A stretch of DNA of 64,000 bases from Truepera sp. (GCA_965218435.1 CBDCKW010000005.1:480001-544000); one strand, 5' to 3'; positions 21,707 through 32,564 are shown, counted from the first letter of the stretch. The notes: a model not told the origin generated them from the letters alone. Numbers and translations: made by a program.

Positions 21707-22774
21707 ATGATGTGGCGAATCGGTCTGGCAAGCTTGCTCGTTCTCGCGCTCGCGGCGTGCAGCCAAAGGCCTGCTTCCGAGCCGACCTCGGGGCCGCCGG
21801 CGCTCGAGTCCCTGGGCCGCCTGAGTTTCCGAGGCGCGGACCCGAGCGTGATCCGCGTCGGCGGCACCTACTACGCCGTCGATTCGGTTGACAAGAATGT
21901 CTACGTGCGCTCGTCGGGTACGGTCGACGGGCTCGGCACCGCGGCCCGGCGGGTGGTGTGGACCAGTAATCTCGGCAACGTCTGGGCACCCGAGCTCGTG
22001 CGCGACCCCCTGACCGGGCGCTTCTACATCTTCTTCGCCCCCGGAGCCGGGGAGCAAAAACGGATGTTTGTGATCGAGTCGGCGTCGCCCGACACCGGCT
22101 ACGGCAATGAACGGCGCATGGCGCTGCCCGACGACAAGTGGGCCATCGACGGCACCTCGTTCGTCTACAACAATCAGCGCTGGTTCGTCTGGTCGGGCTG
22201 GGTCGGCGACACCAACGTCGAGCAGACGCTCTTCCTCGCCCGCATGAACAGCGCCACCACTACCACCGGCCCCCGCTACGTCGTCTCGCAGCCGCGCGAG
22301 CCGTGGGAGCGCCGGGTCGGCAACCCGTTCATCAACGAGGGTCCCGAGCCGATCATCGACCCGAGCGGTCAGCTCCACCTCGCCTACTCGGCCAACGGTA
22401 GTTGGAGCGACCAGTACTGTTTGGCCGACCTGCGGCTGCGGCTGGACGGCGACCCCACCTACGTCTGGGACTGGTATAAGTCCAACGGCTGCCTGTTCGG
22501 CTCGGACCGCGCCGCCCTGATGAGCGGCTGGGACCCCACGCTCTACGCGAACGGCCCCGGGCACCACAGCTTCGTGCTCCTGAACGGCGACCCGAACACG
22601 AGCCCGCCCGCGGGGTCGCGCTTCCCGCTGATGTACCACGCGGTCGCCAAGGGCACGCCCTACACCTGGGAGAACCGCTTCTGGTACTCGGGCACCTTCG
22701 CCTGGTGGGGCAACACCACCTACACGCGCGGTTCAGCGTCGAACACGGGCTGGAGCCTTAAGTTCTTCGAGTAG
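21707..22774 (+). CDS. Glycoside hydrolase family 43 lipoprotein
   Basis: Lipobox LAAC; ADPSV, WAPEL, WAIDG, NEGP and GPGH motifs. Confidence 0.9.
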   Translation: MMWRIGLASLLVLALAACSQRPASEPTSGPPALESLGRLSFRGADPSVIRVGGTYYAVDSVDKNVYVRSSGTVDGLGTAARRVVWTSNLGNVWAPELVRDPLTGRFYIFFAPGAGEQKRMFVIESASPDTGYGNERRMALPDDKWAIDGTSFVYNNQRWFVWSGWVGDTNVEQTLFLARMNSATTTTGPRYVVSQPREPWERRVGNPFINEGPEPIIDPSGQLHLAYSANGSWSDQYCLADLRLRLDGDPTYVWDWYKSNGCLFGSDRAALMSGWDPTLYANGPGHHSFVLLNGDPNTSPPAGSRFPLMYHAVAKGTPYTWENRFWYSGTFAWWGNTTYTRGSASNTGWSLKFFE

Positions 22775-22782
22775 GTTTGGCG

Positions 22783-22828
22783 GGCGTCGACTGCAACCGT
22801 GTTCGGCTTCAGGTTGCAGTCGACGCCG
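22783..22828 (+). terminator. Strong hairpin after the GH43 gene
   Basis: GGCGTCGACTGCAACC..GGTTGCAGTCGACGCC. Confidence 0.6.
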
Positions 22829-23009
22829 CTTAACTTAAGCGCGGGTCGCTACGCCACGGGTGTGACACGGGGTTCGCTGGCCCACCCGAACATCGGCGGG
22901 ACGCCCACCTTAAGAAAACTTGGCGTCGGTGGAAACCCGATCTGGACACGGTAGCGAAAGACCGCGATCCGCGAGCGGGCAGGCAGGACATAGCCACGGC
23001 GCTCACTTA

Positions 23010-23180
23010 AGGAAACCTGCTTGAGCGCGTCGACCAGGGGCGAGGAGAGGTTGACCCGGGCGGTCTTACCACCCTTACCAGCGACAACTTTAAGTGTGGC
23101 GCTGCGGAGGTCGATGCCCTACCACTTGAGTGCGGCCATCTCGCTCATCCTAAACCCGGTGTACGCCCCTAACCGCACTA
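23010..23180 (-). pseudogene. Tyrosine recombinase fragment
   Basis: Minus-strand translation LGAYTGFRMSEMAALKW*GIDL..VAGKGGKTARV. Confidence 0.7.
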
Positions 23181-23406
23181 AATATAATGGCATATTACCT
23201 CGAGTGCTAGGGGGTCATTAGTTCAGTGGGTCAAGAACCAAGCCAGGTTGTGAGCTGCAACTTTGCGACAGACGCTGGCTCTAATGCTCCAGAATGAGTT
23301 GAGCTGGCTCGTCAGTAAATGTCTAGAACGCAAAAGTGACGAGAAGACTGACTCGATGGACTTACGCAACCAGCCCAAAGCAGGTGTCCAGACTCTAGGG
23401 TGAAGC

Positions 23407-24149
23407 TCAGGTGTTGGGGGCTGTTGCGTCGAAGTTCTGCCTGACGAGATTCTCGGCTTTAGGACGCTGGTGCTTAGAAGTTGTCGTAGTCTTGAACTTA
23501 CGCTTGGTTTTGCCTCTAATGCCCGCTGAGCGCATCAGGCGGGCGACACGCTTGCGCCCGACGTTGTGTCCGGCAGCTTTTAGGTCCTTGTGGAGGCGCG
23601 GCGAACCGTAGGTAAAGCGGCTGCCACAGTGAAACATCATGATCTTCTCGGTCAGCCTTTCGTCGGCTTGCGCTCGCTGGCTTTTCCCTCGCCTCAACCA
23701 ACTATAAAAGCCGCTGAGCGACACAGCCAGTACCTGCGCCATCAAGCGGACCGCCCACCGAGCACGGTGTTCTTTGATGAAAGCGTATCTCACCGGCTTT
23801 CCCTGGCGAAGAACCCGACTGCCTTTTTTAAGATGTCACGCTCCTGTTTGACCCGCTCGAGTTCTCTTTTCAAACGAACGTTCTCTTGCTGTTCGGCGGT
23901 CAAAGCAACCTTGCCGTTCCCCGGAAACGCCAGCTCTCCGCCCTCACGCGCCTGTTTTCGCCACTTATACAAGCTGTAGTCGGAGACGCCCAGTTCCTGG
24001 GCTATCTGCACCACGCTTACCCCTGTTTGTTCACTCAACCGTACCGCTTCTCGTTTGAACTCTGCTGTATATACTTTGCGCTCGTTCATTTCGCCTCCAT
24101 ATTTGCATTAGAGGCTTAACTCGGTTTCCGTTTTATCGGGTCAATATCA
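23407..24149 (-). mobile_element. Truncated IS3-family element (orfA 23790-24089, orfB N-terminus 23407-23793)
   Basis: YTAEFKREAV..ERDILKKAVGFF; TYGSPRL..GRKRVARLM; TG-start end at 24149. Confidence 0.85.
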
Positions 24150-24254
24150 ATCGGTGAACCTGAGGATGTTGCAGATGTAGCTGCATTTCTAGTCGGTGAC
24201 GACGCCAGATGGGTGACAGGGCAGGAGATTGGAGCTGCTGGCGGTGTATTCTAG
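24150..24254 (+). pseudogene. SDR oxidoreductase C-terminal remnant
   Basis: GEPEDVADVAAFLVGDDARWVTGQEI..GG*. Confidence 0.7.
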
Positions 24255-24525
24255 GATCGTTATGCCTAGCGAGATGGGACAACTTAGCGACTTGCCCTAA
24301 TTACTTTCGGTTTCTATATAGCCAGCTTCAAACGTCCGATTCGGCAAGTTCCTTGAGGCTAGTGATATTGCTGTCCTAGGTGGTGATTACAACGAGGCGG
24401 TTGCCCACCAAAATTCGGGAATTGGAGGTCAAACCCGTACGACGACCTAGACCAACAATAACCACGTGTGAGGCGTCAGGGCCAGGCAGGAGGTTTTGCT
24501 TCGGCTAGAAAAGCCCGAGCAAGCT

Positions 24526-25203
24526 TTACGACAGGTTTGTTACCTGCCGTCCACCCAGTCGTGACACACTAGGAATGCGTACCGAGGTTATCGAAAAAGT
24601 CGCACCAAGGTCTTGTTTTATGCCAATCAACAGGCGGATCAAATCCGCCGCCCCTTCGAGTAACCGTGCCTGCCTTAAGTCGCCGCAGAGTATTGGAACC
24701 AGTCCCATAGCCGTGGCTAACACGGCTACTGTGTTATTCGCCGCGCTATCGTCGCCCGCAATAAAACACGCAACCTTATGTTCTTGAAGAGGATGTAGGG
24801 CTGCTTCAAACACTTCCTGGGCCATCGTGTTAAAGGCTTTTACAATTCGCGCTTTTGGCAGTTGCTGTTGCAGCAGTTCCGAACGCGAAACTACGATAGC
24901 TTCATAAGCAAAGTTTGCAGGGACAGGTCCGTTGTGGGAGTCAATCACGATTTTACCATCGAGTACGCTGACGTCCTCGAGGACGAGGTTCGGGTTCACA
25001 TCCCTCGGGTTATAATAAATTACCTCACCAAACCTTGCCGCCGCTTGATTGCTTCCGTAAGACGCTCTCCCAGTAACTAGATCTGCGGCGGCCTTGGCTT
25101 TGGCTATGTCACGCGCCCCGAAATATACCTCATGACCTTGCTCTGCCCAGACAACACCTAATGACCTGCCCATATTGCCTGTGCCAACAATGCCAATTTT
25201 CAT
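24526..25203 (-). CDS. NADPH-dependent F420 reductase-like oxidoreductase
   Basis: IGIVGTGNMG, IVKAFNT and IAGDD motifs. Confidence 0.85.
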   Translation of the reverse strand: MKIGIVGTGNMGRSLGVVWAEQGHEVYFGARDIAKAKAAADLVTGRASYGSNQAAARFGEVIYYNPRDVNPNLVLEDVSVLDGKIVIDSHNGPVPANFAYEAIVVSRSELLQQQLPKARIVKAFNTMAQEVFEAALHPLQEHKVACFIAGDDSAANNTVAVLATAMGLVPILCGDLRQARLLEGAADLIRLLIGIKQDLGATFSITSVRIPSVSRLGGRQVTNLS

Positions 25204-25264
25204 GATCGTTCTCCTTATGTTGAATAGGGACAGGGTGTGAGCTTTTCAGCGTCATCTTAGTGGT

Positions 25265-26101
25265 TTAGCGAAAGGGAAGAACCCGTCGATGCTGAATAAG
25301 TTCGCCGTAAAACTCTGGAAATTTATCGCTTAAGGTGGCTAACCAAACAATATCCTTGGCGGCCTCGTCTGGGCTTTGAGCCTGCGACATATCGGTAAAC
25401 CAGGGCCGCGAGGCGGCAGTATTCACTAACCCAGGACACGCCGCCGCGATCATAAGGTGGCGGCGTGCAGCTTCTTCACGCATGGACCGCGCCATGACCT
25501 TCACCGCTGCAACTTGCCCGATCTTAGAAGCAAGGTTGATCCAGTCTGGCCAGCCCTCCGCTTCGGCCCGGCCCGCCTCCACAGTTTGCACGTATTCCTT
25601 CATGACCCTCTCTAAATCAGCGAGGGTGAGATGCTCGACTTCAAACTTGGCATGGAGCTGGGCGGGTAGATGACGTAACGAACCAAACGAACTCGCCACC
25701 ACGACAAACCGCGCCCCGTCTTTTAGCAACGGGGAGAAGGTTTGAAGCAGTCGGTGAGTACCAAAATTGTTGGTGTTCACAAAGGTTCGCACCTGCTGGG
25801 CTGAAGAAAGGTTGGGGTCTAGGCGTGCCGCCGCGTTGGAAAGCACGAGGTCAATGCCGCCGTATTTTTCTTGAATTAACCTTGCGAGATCGGTGACACT
25901 AGCATCGTCGGTTACGTCGAGGACATGGAATTGCGGTGCCAGTCCTTCCGCTTCAAGCTGCTTCACGGCAGCCCTGCCGCGCTCAGGGTCTCGAGCCGTT
26001 AGGTACACGGTTCCGTCTGCTCCTAACTGTTGACAGAGTTTGCGTACTAGGGCGAGGCCTAGTCCTTGGTTGGCACCACTGACGACGGCGACTTTGTTCA
26101 T
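25265..26101 (-). CDS. SDR family oxidoreductase (carbonyl-reductase-like)
   Basis: VSGANQGLG, VYLTARD, SNAA and CPGLVNT motifs. Confidence 0.85.
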   Translation of the reverse strand: MNKVAVVSGANQGLGLALVRKLCQQLGADGTVYLTARDPERGRAAVKQLEAEGLAPQFHVLDVTDDASVTDLARLIQEKYGGIDLVLSNAAARLDPNLSSAQQVRTFVNTNNFGTHRLLQTFSPLLKDGARFVVVASSFGSLRHLPAQLHAKFEVEHLTLADLERVMKEYVQTVEAGRAEAEGWPDWINLASKIGQVAAVKVMARSMREEAARRHLMIAAACPGLVNTAASRPWFTDMSQAQSPDEAAKDIVWLATLSDKFPEFYGELIQHRRVLPFR

Positions 26102-26228
26102 CTTGATGACCTCGTTACACTGAAGATGATAGTTAGCTACAATTCCTCAGCTCGTCTAGTAAAAACTATCGTGCCTAACTTGTCCAGAAGGCACTTTTTG
26201 GTACCTACTGTAAAGGAGTACTTGAACG

Positions 26229-26591
26229 ATGAAACAACTACGAACGCGGCTTCACCCTTGCGAGGTGGACACGTGCCTCGAACTCATCTCCGGAAAATGG
26301 AAATCTCTTATCTTGTGGAAGCTGAGTCGGCAACCCTACTTGCATTTTGGCGAACTGCGGCGCGCACTGCCCGAAGTGACCCAGAAGATGCTGACCCAAC
26401 AACTCCGCGCCCTCGAGAGGGACCAGCTCATCACACGGACGGTGATCACGCCTAAACCGGTTCGCGTGCGTTACGAACTCAGCGCCTTTGGCGAAACGTT
26501 GCGACCGGTACTTGCGGCCACAGCTCAGTGGGGACAGCGACACCGACAACGCATTACGACCATCTTGCAAAGCCAAGAAGCGGATAGATAA
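26229..26591 (+). CDS. HxlR-family winged-helix regulator
   Basis: GKWKSLILW, FGELRRALPEVTQKMLTQQLRALE, YELS; divergent from the SDR operon. Confidence 0.9.
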   Translation: MKQLRTRLHPCEVDTCLELISGKWKSLILWKLSRQPYLHFGELRRALPEVTQKMLTQQLRALERDQLITRTVITPKPVRVRYELSAFGETLRPVLAATAQWGQRHRQRITTILQSQEADR

Positions 26592-26862
26592 ATGTTTGGA
26601 GTTGCGCGAGCCTATCTTGACTAGAGCAGGCTGGCGTAGTGTCTAGGTCAAGTGAACAGCAGAGTCAGCGCTTCTCCGAGCTAATTAGCGCCTACGCCGT
26701 GCATCTCGACTACCGGTCTCTGCTTTGGTATAAAGATTTTCAAAAACTTTTATTCGAGGACGGGATTGACGTTAACCATAAAACGGTCTGATGTACTAAG
26801 TTCAGTCTAAACGTATTCTGAAATCCTGCTGTCGGTGAAGGATAACTACGCTAAAATAAGCA

Positions 26863-27209
26863 ATGTATAGCCCAGTCCAAGATGGAATAGAAAGAACGGC
26901 ACGATCAGTACGATATAGCGAGGCGAAGCCTCCGAGCAATTTGTCCGCATTGGTACATTGTTTTTGGGAACTTAGAACAGATTCCGCGCTACCAGAGGAT
27001 TTTCGTCTTCATGCTTTGCCCGATGCTTGCGTGAATATTTTATTCAACCAAGTAGACACGAAAATAGCCGGGATAACGGCGCTGCGCACCACGTTTGCAG
27101 TGCTTAATCTGGGTAGGGCGTTTCACTATGTCGGTGTTCAGCTTTTGCCCGGCGTGTGGCAAGGTAACCGGGGTGAGATTGTCGACAGCTTTGTGGGTAC
27201 ACCCTATCA
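26863..27209 (+). pseudogene. AraC-type regulator N-terminus (DUF6597-like) truncated by IS982
   Basis: LVHCFWEL..LPDACVNILF; frame runs into the IS end. Confidence 0.65.
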
Positions 27210-28086
27210 ACCTCGACTGCTAGGGGATAGAAAAAAGCGAAGATAGCAGGATGTCCAAATCACGCTATCTTCTAGAGAAGCATACGCTAAGCGAGCTGTT
27301 TACGGTTATCTATGTGCTGGTCGATAGATTACTTAAAAGCAGCAGAGGCTAACAGACGTTTTGAATTGCCGCGTTCAGAGCGGCAAAAAGGCAGCTATAG
27401 CGAGCTGATGACGATTGCGCTGGTGGGCGACCTACTGAATCAAGCCGATACAGGGTTATGGTTCAATCTGGTCAAACGCGAATACGAGGAGCTATTTCCA
27501 GCTTTGCCTGATGAAAGTCGTTACTACCGAGTCATGAATAACCTCGAGAGAATCTGGGCTGACTTTGCCTTGTCTCTTACTGCAGAGCATGAGGTGCTTG
27601 CTTACAGCGTTGATTCTAAGCCTCTGCCGGTGTGCAAGTTTAGACGCCACAAACGTCCTAGAGCCATGACTGAAGCTACCGTCGGCTTTTCTACCCAAGG
27701 CGCAGTTTACGGCTTTAAGCTTCATGCCCTGACTACTCCCAACGGACTGATTATCAAGTTTTCCATCGCCCCTGCCAATGAAGCTGATGTGACAGTGGCA
27801 CGGGCGTTACTGACTGACACACAACGAGCGTTGACCTTGGGTGACAAAGCCTATATCGGTTCTGGTATCTACACCCCACCTAAGTCTAGTGCGCTTAACC
27901 CCGGTATCTGGACACCGCTGATGAACACCACCCGAAAGCTGATCGAGTCGGTGTTCTCTTCCTTGACCCGGACCAAGTATCTCGTCTTCGGTCAGCGCAA
28001 CTCGTTTCGTTCTATCCGGGCTCATACCTGCCGTAAAATCGCAGCGCATAACTTCGCTTGCCTCTTTATCCCCTAGCAGTCGAGGT
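27210..28086 (+). mobile_element. IS982-family element; transposase 27251-28076 frameshifted near 27325
   Basis: 20-bp IRs ACCTCGACTGCTAGGGGATA; VDSKPLPVC, YGFKLH, GDKAY and RKLIESVFS motifs. Confidence 0.85.
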
Positions 28087-28470
28087 AGCAAACTTTTGGC
28101 CGGCCCCTTGTTACAGCCCCTTTTCGGCGAGGGCCACACCCTTCACGTCGATCATCTTACGGCGTTCAAGGTAGAGTCCTTCGGCAGTCCAGACCGGTTC
28201 ACCCGTGAGCTGGGCGGCTTTTCCGGACTTATCGACGCCCATGGCCACATCCATATCTCCGAGGTGCAGCGCCAGCGCTTTGTGGCGTTTTACCTTGAGG
28301 CCGCAGACGAGGCCGATCGACCAGCAAATTCTCCTGTTCGTGAGGCACTTCGTTCTCATGTCGAGTTCGGCTCGCAGGTCGCTCAGCAGAACTCACACGC
28401 CGAGACGGACGAAGACCTCCATCCTTTGCGCGCGGTTCCCAGGTGGCGCTGGTCAAGCGAGAAAGACTGA
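28087..28470 (+). pseudogene. Group II truncated hemoglobin, 5' end missing
   Basis: HVDHLTAF..ESFG, H..I.EVQRQRFV..ADEA, EFGS..A.QNS, VPRWRW; paralogous to the C-terminal domain of 30874-32055. Confidence 0.75.
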
Positions 28471-28552
28471 AACATATAAGGCGATAGCGCAAAACAAGAT
28501 TAAGCAAAGAACAAACCGTTCAAGCCCGAAGGTCAACTAAAGAGGAGCTGAT

Positions 28553-28963
28553 ATGGCAACGGAACGAACGGCAGTCAACCCGGTGACGTGGTCAGTGGCG
28601 ATGGGCTTCAACCAGGGCGAACTCGTCTCCGGGCACACCCGGACCCTGTAGACCCTGTACATCTCCGGGCAGACCGCGATGAGCGGCGACGGCAAACCCC
28701 AACACGAGGACGACATGGCGGCACAGTTGGCGCTCAGCCTCGACAACCTTGGGGCCGTACTCGGCGAGGCCGGCATGTCCCTCGCAAACCTTGTCCGGCT
28801 GGGCGTCTATGCCACCGATGTCGATCTGCTTTTGCAGCACTACGGCGTGCTGGCGTCGCGGTTGGGTGCCGCCAGAGTGGCACCGACCACCACGATGCTC
28901 GGGGTGACACGGCTGGCGATTCCCGGCCAGATGGTCGAACTCGAGGGGACCGCCGTTGCTTGA
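28553..28963 (+). pseudogene. RidA/YjgF family protein with an in-frame stop made by a 9-bp tandem duplication
   Basis: TL*TLYISGQTA..LAIPGQMVELEGTAVA; GACCCTGTA repeated at 28642-28659. Confidence 0.85.
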
Positions 28964-29033
28964 TGCGACCTCGCCGCCCCCGCCATTCGTATCGGTGGAG
29001 CCGGCACGAGCAGCGGGCAGATGAGTGATTCCT

Positions 29034-29519
29034 ATGCTCCGAATAGTGACCATCGGCGTTTATGGCTTCGACGGCGAGTCCTTTCTACAATGCCTGCAGC
29101 ACGCCGATGTCCGTCTGCTGCTCGATGTGCGCCAGCGCCGCGGGGTCCGTGGCCCCCAGTACGCCTGGACGAACTCCCTCCGGCTGCAGGCGGCTCTAGC
29201 CTAGGCCGGAATCGCTTACGAGCACCACCTCGAGCTCGCCCCAACCACCGAGCTACGCCAGCTTCAGTACGCCGAGGATGCCCGCCAAGGCGTCGGCAAG
29301 CACTCGCGCCGCGAACTCGCTGCCGAGTACACTCGCCGCTACACCACCGAGGTCCTCGACCACGCCGATCTCGCGCCGATCGTGTCGGTATTGGCGAGCG
29401 CTGGGATCGCAGCGCTGCTCTGTGTCGAACGCGACCCTGAGGCCTGCCACCGCTCATTGATTGCCCGGCGGTTAGCCGAACAGTACGGCGTCACAACCGA
29501 AGACCTGCGCCCGCTGTGA
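29034..29519 (+). pseudogene. DUF488-family protein with premature TAG at 29202 (absent from the ORF track)
   Basis: Manual translation: TIGVYG..LLLDVRQRRG..LA*AGIAYEH..LLCVERDPEACHRSLIA. Confidence 0.8.
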
Positions 29520-29782
29520 TTACACATACCTATGACAACAACCTTTGAAACCTACTCAAGTCCACTTTCATCTTGCATAGCCTCCAGTGCACATTCATTT
29601 ACAATATGCTGTACTCATGTGACCTATGGCCATGTGTCGAGCAGTTAGAGCGCTGTCGCCTGGTGCGGTCGCGTCCATCTTTATGAGTGCTAGGGGCTGA
29701 GTAGTAGAGGTGAGCTAACATGCGTAACCAAGCTATCCCGGCGTAAATTTGTAGCTCAGGCAAACCGCCCTTTTGCCAGTTT

Positions 29783-30355
29783 TTACGTATCTTTCTTTTT
29801 GCGACGACCTTTTCTACACCCATGCCGCTGGCGAAACTTGTACTGGGGAAGCGGACTTGGGCGCTCGCGCTCGAAGTCGATCAGCAACTTTTTAAGAACC
29901 GTAGCTAACATCTCTTGCTCTTCTTGGGTAAGCGAACTGATCAGCCTGCGTTCGTTGTCCAGATGCGCCGCTAACAGTTCATCAACGAGCGCCTGACCAT
30001 CTGCGGTAAGCTCAACCAAAACCCCCCGGCGATCCTCGGGATCAGCGACACGGGTCACTAGACCTGCGTGTTCGAGATAATCGACGCGGCGCGTCATCGC
30101 GCCCGAGCTGCGCAGCACTGCGCGGTAGAGCTCGGTGGGTGAAAGCCTAAAAGGTGAACCCGCACGCCTAAGCGCGGCTAATACGTCCCAACTCGCCCGG
30201 CTCAAGCCATACTGTTTGAACAGCTCTTCCATGCCTATGTCCAGATAATGAGCAACGCGGCCCATGCGACCAACAATCTCAACAGGCCAGGTGTCGAGAT
30301 CAGCTTGCTCACGCGCCCACTGCTCTCTGATCTCGTCTATCCTGTCTTTTGGCAT
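29783..30355 (-). CDS. MarR-family regulator
   Basis: WDVLAALRRAG..LSPTEL..SSGAMTRRVD..DRRGVLVELT. Confidence 0.9.
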   Translation of the reverse strand: MPKDRIDEIREQWAREQADLDTWPVEIVGRMGRVAHYLDIGMEELFKQYGLSRASWDVLAALRRAGSPFRLSPTELYRAVLRSSGAMTRRVDYLEHAGLVTRVADPEDRRGVLVELTADGQALVDELLAAHLDNERRLISSLTQEEQEMLATVLKKLLIDFERERPSPLPQYKFRQRHGCRKGRRKKKDT

Positions 30356-30428
30356 CGTAAGTACTATCTTATGCTACAATTTATCTTACTCTGCAGATAC
30401 TTATATGGCAGACACTTTGGAGGCAAGT

Positions 30429-30746
30429 ATGATTGTCGAGTACATCCGTTACCGAATTCTCAAGGAGAATCAGCAGTCTTTCGAGGATGCTTATGCGGAA
30501 GCTGCAACGTCTCTTCAGGCGTCGGAACACTGCTTGTTCTACGAACTTTCACACGGTGTCGAAGACCCTGAAAACTATATCCTCCGCATCGAGTGGGATT
30601 CGCAAGAAGGGCACGAACGCGGCTTTCGGAATAACCCTGAGTTCAAAACTTTCTTCCGTGCCGTCAAACCTTTTTTCGATAACATCGAAGAGATGCGTCA
30701 TTACGCGCCAACGGTCGTCCGCAACTCGGATGAGACTGCGCACTAA
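30429..30746 (+). CDS. Antibiotic biosynthesis monooxygenase (ABM) family protein
   Basis: MIVEYIRY..YILRIEWDS.EGH..GFR..IEEMRHY; GGAGG RBS. Confidence 0.85.
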   Translation: MIVEYIRYRILKENQQSFEDAYAEAATSLQASEHCLFYELSHGVEDPENYILRIEWDSQEGHERGFRNNPEFKTFFRAVKPFFDNIEEMRHYAPTVVRNSDETAH

Positions 30747-30873
30747 CACTTACGCGCGGTCGAACACAGCTTCTCAGGAAAATTACCTAAATCGGTGAGG
30801 CGCTATACGGTAGACACGATTCCGGTAGATGGTGATGAACTTAGTGGAGCAGAGTAAGAGGGAGGAATGCGCT

Positions 30874-32055
30874 ATGAGCGCTACCGATAAAGCCGAACCT
30901 TCAATCCAAGTTACCCTTGATGGTCCTTACCGTATCGAAGGAAAGATCACGGTCACTAACGCCTCGGGGCAGGTTGTTTGTGAGGATGGAACAAGATACC
31001 TGTGTCGGTGCGGTGGTTCACGGCACAAGCCATTTTGCGACGGCACGCACGGGAAGAACGGCTTCGTCGGGACGGAGACGGCTGACCGTAATCGTATCGA
31101 GAACCGGCGTGAAACGCTGACAGGCCAAGGCGTAACGATCTTCGACGACCGCTCGCGCTGCGCCCATATCGGGCGGTGTACCGACGGTTTGCCCACCGTT
31201 TTTCGTTTAGGTCAAGAGCCTTGGATCGACGCCACGGCAGCCTCGGTTGAAGAGATCGCTGCGGTCGTGCGCCGCTGTCCTTCGGGGGCGCTGGCTTACG
31301 CGCTCGGTACCGCGCTCGAGCCTACCGAGGAAACGATCGACCCAGAGATCATCGCGCTGCCCGACGCATCGTTGCAAATACGTGGGGGGGTGCAGGTTTT
31401 TGCCGCAGATGGTGAACCCTACGAAATCCGCGCCCGTCAGACGCTGTGCCGTTGTGGACACTCGAACAACAAGCCGTTTTGTGACGGCACCCACTGGGCG
31501 GTTGGGTTTCACGACCCAGCTGAAGCGCGCGACTTTTCGGTTCCTACTGTGTTCGCTTGGGCGGGCGGAGCTGAAGCCTTTGAGCGGCTGGTGAGCGTCT
31601 TTTATCATCGTCTGCTTGAAGAGCGAGACGCACTGCTCTATCCGGTATTTCGCCATATGAGTTCTGAACACGTACCTCATGTCGCAGCCTGGCTGATCGA
31701 GACTTTCGGCGGTCCGAGACACTACACCGAAGCGCTAGGTGGTTATGAGCGTATGCTCGCCAAGCACCGAGACCTCCGGCTTACCGAAGCGCAGCGCAAA
31801 CGGTGGGTAGAGCGGATTAGCGAGGCGGTTGACGAAGCGGGTTTGCCCACTGATCCCGAATTTCGCTCAGCTTTTCTCGCCTATGTCGAGTGGGGTACCC
31901 GGATTGCAGTTGCCAATTCTCAAGCAGACGCAGCACCACCTGAACACGCGCCTGTACCTCGGTGGGGTTGGGGAGAAGCGCCACCTTACGTTCCTACCCA
32001 ACCGAAGGAAAGCGCTCATGCTCCTGACGAAACCGAACCGAAAGAGGAAAAGTAA
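30874..32055 (+). CDS. CDGSH Fe-S / divergent ferredoxin / CDGSH / group II truncated hemoglobin fusion
   Basis: Two LCRCG.S..KPFCDGTH motifs; CAHIGRC..RCPSGAL; C-terminal WAGG..FY..H..W..E.FGGP..H globin. Confidence 0.85.
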   Translation: MSATDKAEPSIQVTLDGPYRIEGKITVTNASGQVVCEDGTRYLCRCGGSRHKPFCDGTHGKNGFVGTETADRNRIENRRETLTGQGVTIFDDRSRCAHIGRCTDGLPTVFRLGQEPWIDATAASVEEIAAVVRRCPSGALAYALGTALEPTEETIDPEIIALPDASLQIRGGVQVFAADGEPYEIRARQTLCRCGHSNNKPFCDGTHWAVGFHDPAEARDFSVPTVFAWAGGAEAFERLVSVFYHRLLEERDALLYPVFRHMSSEHVPHVAAWLIETFGGPRHYTEALGGYERMLAKHRDLRLTEAQRKRWVERISEAVDEAGLPTDPEFRSAFLAYVEWGTRIAVANSQADAAPPEHAPVPRWGWGEAPPYVPTQPKESAHAPDETEPKEEK

Positions 32056-32067
32056 TCATAGGGTACC

Positions 32068-32377
32068 ACCCCTAGGGAACAAAAAGACCAGCGAAGTTAT
32101 GAGTTGCAACTTTACGGCAGACTTGGGCACGGATAGAACGAAACGAGTTACGTTGACCGAGTACGAGATACTCGGTACGGGTCAACGAAGAGAACACCGA
32201 CTCAATCAGCTTTCTACCAGTGTTCATCAACGACGTCCAGACACTTGGACTGAGCGCATTAGTTTTGGGCTCTGAACAAGGTCATTCGAAACGTTCGTTA
32301 GCCGCTGCTGCTTTAGAAGATAACGTGATTTGGACATCCCGCTATCTTCGCTTTTTTCTATCCCATAGCAGTCGAAG
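32068..32377 (-). mobile_element. Internally deleted IS982 copy related to 27210-28086
   Basis: Keeps reverse-complement matches to both ends of the 27 kb element (CGACTGCTATGGGATAGAAAAAAGCGAAGATAGC; RKLIESVFS region). Confidence 0.75.
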
Positions 32378-32564
32378 TTAGACAGAAAAACAAACTCATG
32401 CGCCTGTCTAATAGCTATCTCTTGACTAGCAGTATGAGAATGGACGGCTAAGCTACCCTCTACCGGGCTTCATATGTAACCTAAACACGCAAGATTCGAG
32501 AAGCAGTTTGGTCGTGATCTCATTAAACTTATCCCAGGAGGTAATCCGTGAGGGATAAAAGACG

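Noticed and set aside
21656..22639. Long antisense or alternative-frame ORFs (also 38180-38770, 40895-41908, 29021-29457)
   Set aside because: Shadow ORFs of GC-rich genuine genes or pseudogenes; no motifs.
28553..29519. Stop-codon readthrough or recoding of TAG in adjacent genes
   Set aside because: All three stop types occur as lesions and TAG ends many intact genes, so decay is the simpler explanation.
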